NCBI GenBank assembly: GCA_028534125.1
Contig: CM052816.1
Location: 43,402,001 to 43,466,000, forward strand
Direction: 5' to 3'
Origin: Lama glama
Taxonomy: Eukaryota
DNA length: 64,000 bases
The notes under the pieces were generated by a model. The model saw only the letters and a program-made list of their open reading frames with translations, was not told where the DNA came from and ran no database searches. Below, in pieces: positions 1 through 12,279 of this stretch. Every line of letters starts with the position of its first letter. The first letter of the stretch is position 1. Position numbers and translations under genes: made by a program.

Positions 1-1122
1 CATTAGGAAATTTAGTGTAACTCCTAGTGGAAACCAAAGCGTGTAGTTTGGATCATGACCAGTGCTACCTTGGCTTTCATTATTTATTGTACTGATGAGG
101 ACAGGCGTGGGAAGGATGGGACTTTCCAGTGTGTTTCATTAACCTGATTTCTTTTTTCCTTGTAGAACCATGAAATAAATCCATTTGTCTTTAAACAGAT
201 TTTTTCTGAGAATATCTGAATTCACAGGTGTTCTTGTCTTTACTCTTTTCAGAAAATTCTAAAAGAAAAAATTTCCCTGAAGTTTGGGAAGCCATTTGTC
301 GTTAAATTTCTTTCCTTGAATTTTTTTTGATATCAGGAACACTGCTGCAATGTGAGGTATTCCTTATGTTAATAAAGAACTTCCTCTTCTCTGTTTTTTA
401 TTAAACAAATGACATGTTTATTTTCCTTTATTTATTGACTTCCAACTAGACTGTGTTGGACAAATTAGAAAATGGCAACTTTTAAAAGAATATATTTAAT
501 AACTTTGGGCAGATCTTTACCTTCTTTTTGCCATGTAAAGGTTGTCAGAGAAAATCTTGAAAAATGTTTACTCTTTATAAAAAATAACGTAAGACAGGTA
601 ATCTGGGATAAGTCACTGAGCTTTTCTGAATCTGTTTTGTTATGGAGGCTAGAACTCGATCTTAAAGGTTTTTCCCAACTCCAAGCTAAGTTGCATATGA
701 CCAAATGTTTCTAGGACTAAAGAACTCTCTGACTTGCTAAATTTGGTATTTCTGTCATTTTTCCTCTGTGAATAAAATGTTAAGGAGAAAGTAAATCAGG
801 ACCTTGAAGTGTGAAAGATACCGTGAATCCATTTTCAGAGGGCAAATAGCATTGTATCCCCTTGATTGCCTGCTTCCCTTCGCCACTCTTTGGAGTTACT
901 GCTATTGGTCCTGCTGCTGCTGCCTCGGATGAGAGGCAAAGACCTAGGCTGACGAGGCCAGCAAGTGGGACTTCTCTAGGGCCTAAAGGATAGGGCTAGG
1001 TGATCCCTGGTGGAACCAGAGATTCATATTTCTGGCACAAAAATCTCTAAGAGTCATTAATGAAATGATCATTTAAAACCCTACAAATCAGGTAGGACCT
1101 CTGATCTAAATTAAAAATACAG

Positions 1123-3008
1123 ATGTTAGGTTGTTTCCATATCTTGGTTATTATGAACAGTGCTGCAAATAATTCAGGAGTACCAAATATCTCTTTAATA
1201 TCCTGTTCTCATATCCTTTGGATTATATACTGAGAAGTGGGATTACTGGTAGTTTTAACTTTTTTGAGGAATCTTCATACTGTTTTCCACAGCACCAATT
1301 TACATTCTTACCGACAGTGTACAAGGGTTCCCTTTTTTCTACATCCTCACCAACCTTGTTATCTCTTGTCTTTTTGATAATATCCATTCTAACAGGCATG
1401 AGGTGATAGCCTGTGGTTTTAATTTGCATTTCCCTGATGATTAGAAATGTTGAGCACCTTTTCGTGTACTTGTTGGCTATTTGTATGTCTTTGGAAAAAT
1501 GTCTTTTCAGTTCCTCTGCCCATTTATAAATCAGATTTTTTTGTTGTTGTTGTTCTTGAGTTGTATGTATTCTTTGCATTTTGGATGTTAACCCCTTATG
1601 ATATGTATAATTTACAACTATTTTTTTCCCATCGTGTTAGTTGCCTTTTAATTTTGTTCATAGTTAACTTTGCTGAGTAGAAAGAAGCTTTTTAGTTTAA
1701 TGTAGTCCAAGTTGTTTAATGTCGCTTTTCTTGCTTTTGCTTTTGGTGTCCAATCCAAAAATTATTGCCAAGACTGATGTCAAGGAGCTTACTTTCTGTG
1801 TTTTCTTCTAGGACTTTTACGATTTCAGATCTTTGCTTGTCTTTAATACATTTTGAGTTGATTTTGTGTATGGTAGAAGATAGGGGTCTAGTTTCATTCT
1901 GTGTATAATTTTGTGCCAATGCCATGCTGTTTTGATTACTGTACTGCATAGTTTGGAATCAGGAAGTATGATTCCTCCAGCTTTGTTCTTTTTTCTCAAG
2001 ATTGATTTGACTATGTGGAGTCTTTTGTGGTTCCATACAATTTTTTCCCAGTTCTATGAAAAATGTCATTGGTGTTTTGATAGAGATTGAACTGAAATCT
2101 GCAGATTATGCAGATTGCTTTGATTAGTATGGACATTTTAATATTACTACTTCTTCCAATCCATGAACACAGAATGTCTTTCCATTTTTACCTGTCTTCT
2201 TTAGTTTCTTTCATCAACGTCTCATAGTTTTCAGTGTATAGATCTTTCGCATCCTTGTTTAATTTTATTCCTAGATGTTTTATTCTTTTTGATGTGGTTA
2301 TAACTGGGATTATTTCCTTAATTTCTCTTTCTGATATAAAAAGTTAGTGTGTAGAAATGCAACTGTTTTTTGCATATTGATTCTATATCCTGAAATAGTA
2401 CTGAATTTGTTGATTAGTTCTCACATTTTTTTGGTGGAGTACTTAGGGTTTTCTAAACGTGATATGTCATCTACAAACAGACAGTTTTACTTCTTTACAA
2501 TTTGAATGCCTTTTTTGTTCTCATTCTTGCCTAATAGCTCTGGCTAGGACTTCCAGTATGTTGAATAAAAGTGGCAAGAGTGGGCATTCCTGTCTTGTTC
2601 TTGATCTTAGAGTAAAGTTTCAATTTAACCACTGAGTATGATTTTAGCTTTGGCTTGTCATATATGGCCTTTATTATCTTGAGGTATGTACCCTTTATAT
2701 CAAGTTTCTGAGAATTTTTACCATGAATGGACATAAAATTTTTCAGATGCTGTTTCTGTATCTATTGAGATGATCATCTGACAATTTATTTGTTTTGTTC
2801 TTTATTTGTTCTTAGTGATTCCCAATATTTGAGGATGTGTAAATATCTGTTTTGATGTGGATGTTTGCTTGCTGGCCTGATATATGTGTCCCAAGCTAGC
2901 TTCTGAATTTCTTTCAGAGGGAATTTTTTGTGTATAACTGGATTTGGTGTGCCCATGGAAGGAGGTGACTTAGGGACCTCCTAGGTTGTCATCTGGGACT
3001 GGAACTCA
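1123..3008 (-). mobile_element. Degenerate LINE-1: ORF2 C-terminal part joined to a 5'UTR end (internally deleted)
   Basis: Minus ORFs give L1 ORF2 peptides ([40 protein letters not shown]). 2850-3008 resembles the L1 5' terminus also seen at 23420-23517. Confidence 0.9.
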
Positions 3009-3229
3009 GAAACAAGTTTTGATAGAAATTTTAAAGTAAGGGTTCTGAAATCATCTACATGATATACAACTGGTACCTCAACCTGTTTCCAGCTCCGGCC
3101 AGGTCAGTTCCTCTGTAGCACAGAAAACATGGTGGCTATAATGACAAAGGTAAAGCTTGTACAGCTGTAAATGTAAAACATGGGGACTATAGTTGATAAC
3201 CCTTAAAAAAAAGGACAACTATTAACAGA

Positions 3230-3395
3230 TATTGGAATCTGAATTTCAGACTCTCAGTTATGATCTATGATTTATTTTGGGGCAAATCATTTAACATGTT
3301 TGAGCCACAGTTTTTAATTTGTAAAATGGATATAGGTCTAAGGTATGGAGACAATGAGTCAATTTATGTGAAAGAACTTTGTAAACTGTAAACTT
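3230..3395 (+). mobile_element. MIR SINE (degenerate)
   Basis: MIR core-like ttggggcaaatcatttaac...gagccacagtttttaatttgtaaaatgg...tatgtgaaagaactttgtaaactgtaaa. Confidence 0.7.
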
Positions 3396-4511
3396 ATTAC
3401 AGAAGTTATCCACTGCTTTTGCTGAGTGTGACAGTTTTGAATATTTGTACAAACTAAAAGAAAATAACTACTCCTTTTTCTACAACATAGCAATTCATTG
3501 CTTATATTTTATATTAACAGATCTACATGAATAAAAGTGAGGTTCAAGTTTCAGTGCAATATTAGTTCTGAATTCAGAGCTAGGATTTCTGGATCCTCAG
3601 TATCTCCATAATATAAATTATTTTCTGTTATTGAAAATTATGTATCATGTGATTAAATAATTCACCTATGACCACTTTGGCTTTGACTCCTCAGGAAAAG
3701 AGAAGAAGAGAATTGTAGGTACTTAGAAGTAAATAAACTATTAAGGAAAGGAAAGAAGATTTAAAAATTTTTGGTACAATTTCTGTGTCAATTAAGATAA
3801 TTACCACATTTTTCACTATTTCTATAATCTAAGTGTTACTGAGTCAGTGGTAGGCCCCAATCAGTTTTAAGCTTCTTGATGCCTTTATCTTTCTTCATGT
3901 ATGTGTTGGTATTTGGCGCCTTTCAGCTTCAGTGTAGTTACCAGTAACTTTGGTAAGCCCTGTACCTTTAATATGGGACTGCTTCAGGAAATTTTATTTC
4001 CTTATGTCTCTAGCACTAATAACAGCAGCTTTCCAAGTCATTTGCATTCTGTAAGAAATAAATAGTTTTTAGCATCACTAATCCAGGCTAGCCAGCATAT
4101 GTTGAAGAAGGCTACACATACTACACAGCACACATACATACATACATACATTCATACATATAATTTTCTTTTTCTTCATAACTTATATTCTATTTTGAAT
4201 TTCACTAAGCAAATAATAAGAATCGCCTTTCATACTGTTTATTTTTATTAATAGCTATATTTTTAAGAGATGGAATTAGTTATATCTTTACTCTTTAAAT
4301 TCACGTATGAACAAAGTATAGAACGTTGCAAATTCATACTATTGCATTGTTCCTCTCAGGTATTTAGGGGATACAAAATGTGTAACATTTTTGTAAGTAT
4401 TATCACCTCATGTTTTTATTGATGAAGCATTCTGACATTCCCAAATGCTTGATTTTATAATTTAAATTCTTAACTTTGGTCAAATAAATGTAAGTCACAG
4501 CTTTTTTTTTT

Positions 4512-4551
4512 TTAGATGAGGAATATGTGGATTAGATGAGGAATATCTGGA
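4512..4551. repeat. 20-bp tandem duplication
   Basis: ttagatgaggaatat(g/c)tgga x2, one mismatch. Confidence 0.9.
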
Positions 4552-6539
4552 AGCTTTATTTTACCATGAAACGGGAATACAATATTATTATGAAGTTTCA
4601 GCCTTGACCATGATCTAATTTTGCTCATATGAATACTTTCCTTTTTTTTGATGGAAGATGAGAACTGATTTGGGTTCATTTCAGTCTCCATCATATCTGG
4701 TGCAAATCCATTTAAGAATGAGCTGTGTTACTTTTTAAAATGTTCTTGAGGTTTATAGATTGAGAATCTGGTCCTGGATTAAATACTTTCTAATTTAGAT
4801 TATGGCATTCTTCATTCAGTAGAACCTGCATATTTCTTCTTGTTGAAAGAAAAAAGAGAATATTAATATGGTAAAATTACTTTTTGCTTGATCTCATTAA
4901 ACTTTCAGTGGATAATCTACCTGTCTACCTTTTTCTTTGGATAATTGAGTGTGGTAAATATGTGAAAATGATACTGTAGATTTGATAACATTTTCAGGTA
5001 GATTTGGCATTCTTTCTTCAGAAAATGAGAATATGGAAGTGTTCATAGAGAGTGGAGACTAATCAAAGCAAAGCTATTTCCAACTTAAAGATGCAAAAGT
5101 AAACAACTAAAAACTAAAATTTTAAACAATCTTTACTTTTTGAGCATGTGAAAACTTTTATAACAATATGTATATATGTAGTTCAGTTTTTAAATGGGTA
5201 GACTACATTTTTCTTTTTGAAACACGTGATTTACATGGAATAATAGGATGTATATATTACCATAAAGAACAGTGAATGTGAATTTGTGTTTTAAAAACCC
5301 TATGAATCTTAACATTAAGACTTTAGGTACAGCGATGATCAATCTATCTTTCTATAAATAGGCTTTTTAAAAACTAAGGCTGGAGGTGTCAATTTGTACT
5401 TAGTCATTTGCTGATGAATAATATTCTGGCAATTTTTCTCTTAGTTTAGACTTCTTAAATGTTATTTTAGTCTTATTTTTCAAACATGTATTTTAAGTGT
5501 TATGTTGAACAAAATATGTAGTAGCAGTTGTTGTGGAATCATTTTCTATAAAAGATCACACATTTCTTGTAATCAAGGTGGATGTTTTCCTTTATGTCAA
5601 TCATGAATTACTGGGCAGTAGCAATAAACATGAGGCTCTTAACATGCATGTCTAAATAGAAAGCATTGTTTTAGAGGGTCTTCCTTTGGAAAATATAATA
5701 TATGTTTATGTATACTTCCATATTCTTTAATGGGGATTATATATAGACTAACAAGTTATTACCAAAATATATAGTGTAGAAATAAAAATTGAATCCTCTC
5801 AGCATCATCAAATATGGACAGTTTTTTTTGTATATCATTTCCATACATATGTGAATGTTAGTGTGGATATATACTTTCATGTTTTCTATTTTGGTGACTT
5901 CTACAGCAGAGATATATCATACAATTACCTTACTTTAATACATATATGGAGGTTTAGCCAAAAAGTAAATTAAAATATTCTGCCCAATAAATATGAGTTG
6001 AGAGTGAATGTGACATGTAAATCTTTTCCTGTCAGTCTCAGTTCTTTTGTGTGTGTTGGGCTGAGTGTGGTTCTAGGGTTTAAAGATATGTATATATTTT
6101 TAATATAATATGAAATGCAAGTTGACTAATTCATACGGTACTCAACTAGAGAAAAAAGATAACTGGCTATGAGTGAAAGTATGTCCACCTTCAGTGCGCC
6201 ATTGCCCTAAATTCGGATTTTGACCATATGCGAATTTTCCTTATAGACTCACTTTAGATCCTAATCCCTGAGAAAGAGGTCACTTAATTAGTGATTTTTT
6301 TGTTTTATATAAAATTTTAATAGTTTACTAGACTTTAATCTGCTTTAAATCTACTTAAATAGCTTTCTGCTCCTGCCTCTAGCATGATGTTTTCTCATAT
6401 GTATATTGTAGGGAGCCTGAAGAAGCATGATACTGTGGGTTAAATGATCAGTTCTGACACTGATCCCCTTTAAGCCTAGACCAGTTTCTTTACTGCTATC
6501 ACCCTACATTTGTGTATGGGCATTTTGTTTTTATTTTTA

Positions 6540-6725
6540 TACAGTGTCCAAAGTACTTTCAACATGCATGTCACTTAATCTTGCCTGTCATATAATTGTT
6601 AATTTTTGAGGAGTAAATGAAAAACCATCACATGGATGTAACTGTAAAATCTACTGTAAATGTAAAATCCCATTTTAAAGATAAAAAAGCTGAAGTACAG
6701 ATGAAGACAAATGTATCATACACAT
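6540..6725 (-). mobile_element. MIR SINE fragment
   Basis: tcccattttaaagataaaaaagctgaag resembles the reverse MIR core (cccattttacagatgaggaaactgagg). Confidence 0.55.
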
Positions 6726-6732
6726 TGGAATT

Positions 6733-6905
6733 AAAAGATCTGGGTTCATATCCCATTTCTGAATTATGTGGATTTAGATTTAGAAAAAAACCTGTCTTTT
6801 GAGGCTCTGTTTTCTCATCTGTAAAATGGGGTTCTGAGGGTTATTGGGAGGATTGAATGAAATCACATATGTGAAAATATTTTAAACTGTAAGGTTCCAT
6901 GCAGA
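6733..6905 (+). mobile_element. MIR SINE
   Basis: gatctgggttcatatccc...ctgttttctcatctgtaaaatgggg...gaggattgaatgaaatcacatatgtgaaa. Confidence 0.75.
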
Positions 6906-8347
6906 TTTGAAGTCAGGATTACTGTGTTCTACTACACTACAATTGTAAATTCATCAGTTTAATAACTCACTGGAAAAGAATAATTCAGTGCCTTTTCAAC
7001 TATTTCCACACAGCTTCAGGGATGGAGACACTAGATATACACTACTAGGTCTGTTTCACATTCCTGATATTTATCATAAATGTAGTTTTGCAAAACCCTT
7101 ATTCAAACTTCAAAGATAATTTTATACCTATAATATATTGTAGAAGTCCTTTGAATGAATGTTACTTTTCTTTTCCCCCCAGTTCACATTTATTCAGGTT
7201 TGTAAACTACAAAGAGAGTTATGTAATAGATTACCCACACGGTTTCATTCTTCCTTCTTTAACCCAGTCTTTCCCAGAATACTTCCTGACCAGTTTGTTT
7301 ATTGCACTCTTCTCTCTGAAAAGAAGAATATAAATTTGATAAGCTATGACATTCAAGTTTTATAGTGTGAGTTCATGAAGATGTTACCTAATTATCATTG
7401 CCCAGTAACATTCTAAATCTATAAGAAAATACTTTGTACTTCTTAAATATGTTCTTTCTGATGAGATTTTTGAGGATATTTTGCAATTACACAGCTGATT
7501 TTTTTTGGCCTTAAAAATCCCACTCAGTGTACTTTGAAACAATGGGATTTATACTCTGAAACCTACAATAAGCAAGTAAGCTAACAAAAATTAAACCATC
7601 ACCACAGAAACTGTGAAATGGAAATATGTAATCGAATAAATGAAAAAAAGTTTTGTGGATTGTAGAGGACTAACAAGAGATATCATCAGTGTTTCTAACT
7701 TGGTGGTGGTTTTCTTTTAGGAAAAATCTTATCAGCTGGAGAGAGTTGCTCTTTTCTTTGAAGCTAGCTCTGGTTTCTCTGAAATCAGATTTCGTATTCC
7801 CAAGGCTCCACTCTGCAATGCCAGCACAAACATACATTAGCAGCTGTACAACACTTTAAAGTTAGCAAGAAGGTATCAAGCAATTACTCCCTCTGTTTTA
7901 GAATCTTTAGAAGTTTTTAAGAAACTTCTGAAGTTTTAGGGAGGGGAAAAATAAGACAGAGTAAATATACTTCTTGAAAATTGTATATCAAATAATAATG
8001 TGAATTAGTTGAAAATATTGTATTCTATCAGCGGAAGATTCAGGAAACTATTTTTATTATAATTTATAAACAAAGTACATGATTGTTTGTATTAACTGTG
8101 TGATTGAGTAAATCTACTACCAGGTTTCTTTTTCTTGTTTAGTAGATTTGTGCTATTCTAGTGAATCTTTTTTAACTAATGCATTGTACAGTGAAATAAA
8201 TGTAATTCTAAATAAAATAATGAGATGTCTTTTTTTGATGTTGTGAGGGATTCAGATTATTCTGTTCTAGTTTCTCCACAAAGGTATCCTGCTAGGTTAA
8301 TACTTAGTATTGCTGCAATGAGTTTCAAGTGTATTTACATTACTGTT

Positions 8348-8576
8348 TGTGGTGCAATGAAAAGATGAAGAGTCAGAACATCTGGGTTATAGTCCTAGCT
8401 TTTCTATTTATTAATTTTGTATCTTTGACAGTTCACTTACCTTCTCATGCCCTTAGTGTCTTCATTTGTAACTAGGGCTAAGAGTACTTACTCATGTAAC
8501 TCACAGGGTTGCTGTATAGCTCATATGAGAATTTATATTAAAATGCCTTGTAAATTGTAAAGTGCTATTAGACATA
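8348..8576 (+). mobile_element. MIR SINE, near full length
   Basis: gagtcagaacatctgggttatagtcctagct...tcacagggttgctgt...atgagaa...tgtaaattgtaaagtgcta. Confidence 0.8.
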
Positions 8577-9444
8577 TCACCGAAAATACTTTCTTTAGAA
8601 TGAGAAGGGGTATAAAGAAAAATGTACAAATGTAAAGTATTATTATTATTTCTATTTAATAACATTCACACGAGAGATACCAACCATAATCTTTATTAGG
8701 TAGGGTGAGAATACACCAGAAGGGCCAACTACTTTATCTGTTGTCAGTAGAGGATTAGAGAGAAGTTTAATATGGACATAGATTTCAGGTCATGTATATT
8801 CTTATTTTTAAAGCGTCTTTCAGCTCTAGAATCTTGTAGTCTTTCTTTTCACAACTTTGTTGTTCACCTGTATACCACATATGAAAATACTCTGTGTGTG
8901 TGTGCATGTGCAGTGTATTTACATGTAATGCATGTATACATTGTGTCTGTGTGTGCCAAAATACTGCAGTAGTCACACTAAAGATAGTTCCTTTTGAGGA
9001 GAAAACTTCATTCTTTTTTTTTTTTCCATTCATCTTTGTGCTGTTTGTGTCAGGTATGAATTATTTGCCCTGGCTCTAGTATTTGACTACATTAATTATG
9101 AAAATGTGGCCATCAATTTGTTAATGGTATGATTATTGATTTCTCTTCATATTATGTGCCTTTTCAACAGATCCTAGAAATCACTGGATGTAGATATTAA
9201 TAAGGATACATTCTTTAATAAGGATTTATTTGAGGATTACCTTAAATTTAACCATAAAGAAACAAAATTGGCATACAAAAGATATTAAAAATGGTATATT
9301 TCTTGGATATACAGCTGTACTTTGAGAGAGGTCTTCTCTTATTATCTCCATTCAGTCACCTGTATGTTGAGGCCCAATTTAATACAGCAGATGGAGAGAT
9401 TTTCTAAAAGTGAAAGAAACAATATTTTGTTCTTACTATCACCT

Positions 9445-9625
9445 TTGATTAACACATTTATTGATCATTTACTCTAAGTCAGACACTACGCTGGATGCTG
9501 AGGATAAAACAGGAGCAAATTATAATTACTTGTAATCTAGTGGAGGAGATAAACACTAATCAAACAATTTCAGAATTAAATTTAAAATTACTAAAGAGAG
9601 GTATGTGGTCATATGAGAACATACA
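9445..9625 (-). mobile_element. LINE-2 3' end
   Basis: aacacatttattga...cagacactacgctggatgctgaggataaa...aatctagtggaggagataaaca, typical reverse L2 tail. Confidence 0.65.
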
Positions 9626-11504
9626 ACATTTCAGAGAAACAGAAAAAGTAACAGGTACATATCTGAATGATAAAAAGAGGTGAGAAACTACTCTTAGTAA
9701 CCAGTAACAATTATTACATGTATCTTATATATCACAGAGTTCTAGTGGTAGGAGTTCTGATAAAATTATGGGTGGAAGTAATTTGACATTGGCGAGATGA
9801 ACAATTTTGATTTTATAAAGAATTATATGAAATAGATTATAAAAGTAATGTTAAATATAAAAACTGGACCATTAGGGAAAAAATCTGATGGTTTTCTTTT
9901 ATATACTTGGAATTGGTACAATGCTAAGTTATTTCACATCCTAAGTTATTTCTTTATACATGCCACTTACACGCAGTATTTCTTTGCTTTAAAAAGTAGG
10001 AAAATATAACTTTGGAAACTGAAGCTAGCCAAATAAAATTCTTTTTCTAAGATTTTAATGGGAGCATTAAGAATTTATATTATTTTTTCATTGATGTTTT
10101 AACTTTTTTGAAATTTAACTTTATAAAGGGAAGCCATTAGTTTCACTTTAAATTTGTCAGTTTTGCTTTTTGACGTGAACTATTTATGTGGTTTGAATTT
10201 CACAAATTATAAGGAATTTAAAAAATTAAAAAAAGATTTTTAGTTTTATAAAATAACATTTCTCTTCATTTTTTCATAATCAAAGCCTAAATCTAAGCTT
10301 AAAGTTCCTTAAAAGTAATTATTCAGCATTTTGAAATCCTAGTTACACTAGTGTATAATGTTAGGACTGCTTCCCTAAGCATTTAATTCAACATGCTAAC
10401 AAGAATTGCTCCAATTAAAATATTTCTCTTGCTGAAATGCAATAAAAGAGATATTTTAATAATATTTAAGTTCTTATTGATTACTGAATGGCAGGTAATT
10501 TACAAATAATTTCAGGACTTATACACTATCAGCTTTTCTTTAGTTTGCAGGAAAACTGGCCGGACTTTACAACAGCACCTTTCACTTTATCATGTGAGTT
10601 CCCTGAATGAATTTTAATTTTTCACTGCGTCCTGGAGGTAAAAATCACTTGACGGGTTAGAAGTTGGGAGGAGAAAAATGCATGCCTTTGGATTGTATAT
10701 TTTAATTATGAGGATGGTGCTGCTTATGTTCCCCCCTGCCCCGTTTGGCTATTTACAATTTAGGTTTATTGAAGAGTAGCAACTTACTGAGTGCATAGTT
10801 TCTGGTATAGAATATTTAGTACTGGGTAATACTAGAAAATATCAAGCTCAAGATACATGGGAACTATGCAAAAGTTTTAAATTTTTTTAAGTTGAATAAA
10901 GATTCATATGAGCAAAGATGCAGCTTATATAGAGAATCACATTTTCTGTTGAGGATCTTTGGATCCTTGGATAGCCACAAGAAAAATCAAGCCTAGTAGA
11001 AAAGCTTCCAGCTTTGAAAGATAAGGGTTTTTAAGTGCCATAGGTCACTGACTAGCTGATCTTGTATTTACTCTCTTCTTTTTCTACCTATTTTATGGAC
11101 AACAAGAGGTAGAATCAGACAGCAGTAAGGGAATTTGGGTTTCACGTGTGGAGATTTTTGACATTTTGATACAAAGGAATGATTACTCTAAATAAATTAT
11201 CAAGTACGTATTTGAAAGAAGAAAGGAAACTTAATTAAAAGTTCCAATCTAAAAAAAGTTGACAGTTAAAAAAAAACTAAAAAAAGATTATATAAACAAT
11301 ATACTTTAACAGATCCCATATTTTTATGATTATAAAACTAGTAAATGTTTATTGTAGAAATTTGAAAAAAATAGAAAAGCTTAAAGAACAACACTTAACC
11401 TATTATCCTGTCACTTAGAAGTAACCTCTGTTAATGCACTTCATCAAAAGAAATAAATGAAACCAGTATTTCAGCACCCCTCCCCAAAGAAAAAGTGGTT
11501 AGTG

Positions 11505-11630
11505 ATTTAGGAGACTCTTTAGTTCATCCTGTACAAATGAGGAAACTTACCTGAATAGAACACAAAAAGTTAATGTAAACTGGTACTAGAAAGTTAATGC
11601 TCTGGCCACTCCTCATCCAGTGCTATTTTC
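11505..11630 (-). mobile_element. MIR/MIR3 fragment
   Basis: tacaaatgaggaaact core, ending tccagtgctattttc. Confidence 0.5.
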
Positions 11631-12149
11631 AGTATTTTATTCACTGTATTTACAATAGTTCTAATTTATCCATAGGATTAATGCATGATTTTCTCCATTT
11701 GTTACATACAGAGTCTAAGTAAAATAACACATTTTTAAAATATCTTTGTTGACAATTGAAAATTAACTGTAAATATTATGTAAGTTAGGAACTATACTAT
11801 GTCAAAGTTTTTCTCTGTTGTCTGCTTTTTTTGTTGTTATATGTATTCATTGAGACTACACATACGATAACATACGATAACTGATCTGGATTTTTAGCTT
11901 TCTCGGTACAATAAAAATTCAAATTTTGTTTACTTTCAAAAAGTTTTTTAAATTAGTAAATATTTCAAAGAAACTAAAATGAAACATTTAAATTAGGGAA
12001 TCTCAGAAAAATTAAATGGGAAAGTATTTCAAACATACTGCAAGATCCGACTAATCAGGCTCATCAGTTTTAACAAATGTTAGTATTTTGACATATTTGC
12101 TTTATATATTTTTGTTGTTTTAAAGAAATAAAAGGTCATTAAAATACAT

Positions 12150-12277
12150 TAAATTCCTCAGAAGCACTAGCCGCATTGCAAGTGTTCAGTATCCACATGT
12201 GGCTTAGGCTACTGCATTAGATAGTGCAGATATAGAACATTTTCATCACTGCAGAAAGTTCTGATACAAACCATTGT
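12150..12277 (-). mobile_element. MER3-like hAT-Charlie DNA transposon fragment
   Basis: gcactagccgcattgcaagtg...ccacatgtggct...cagatatagaacattttcatcactgcagaaagttct matches the recalled reverse MER3 consensus. Confidence 0.8.
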
Positions 12278-12279
12278 TA

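Noticed and set aside
166..227. Strong acceptor (tttcttttttccttgtag) suggesting a coding exon
   Set aside because: Stops in all three frames within ~55 nt and only a weak donor.
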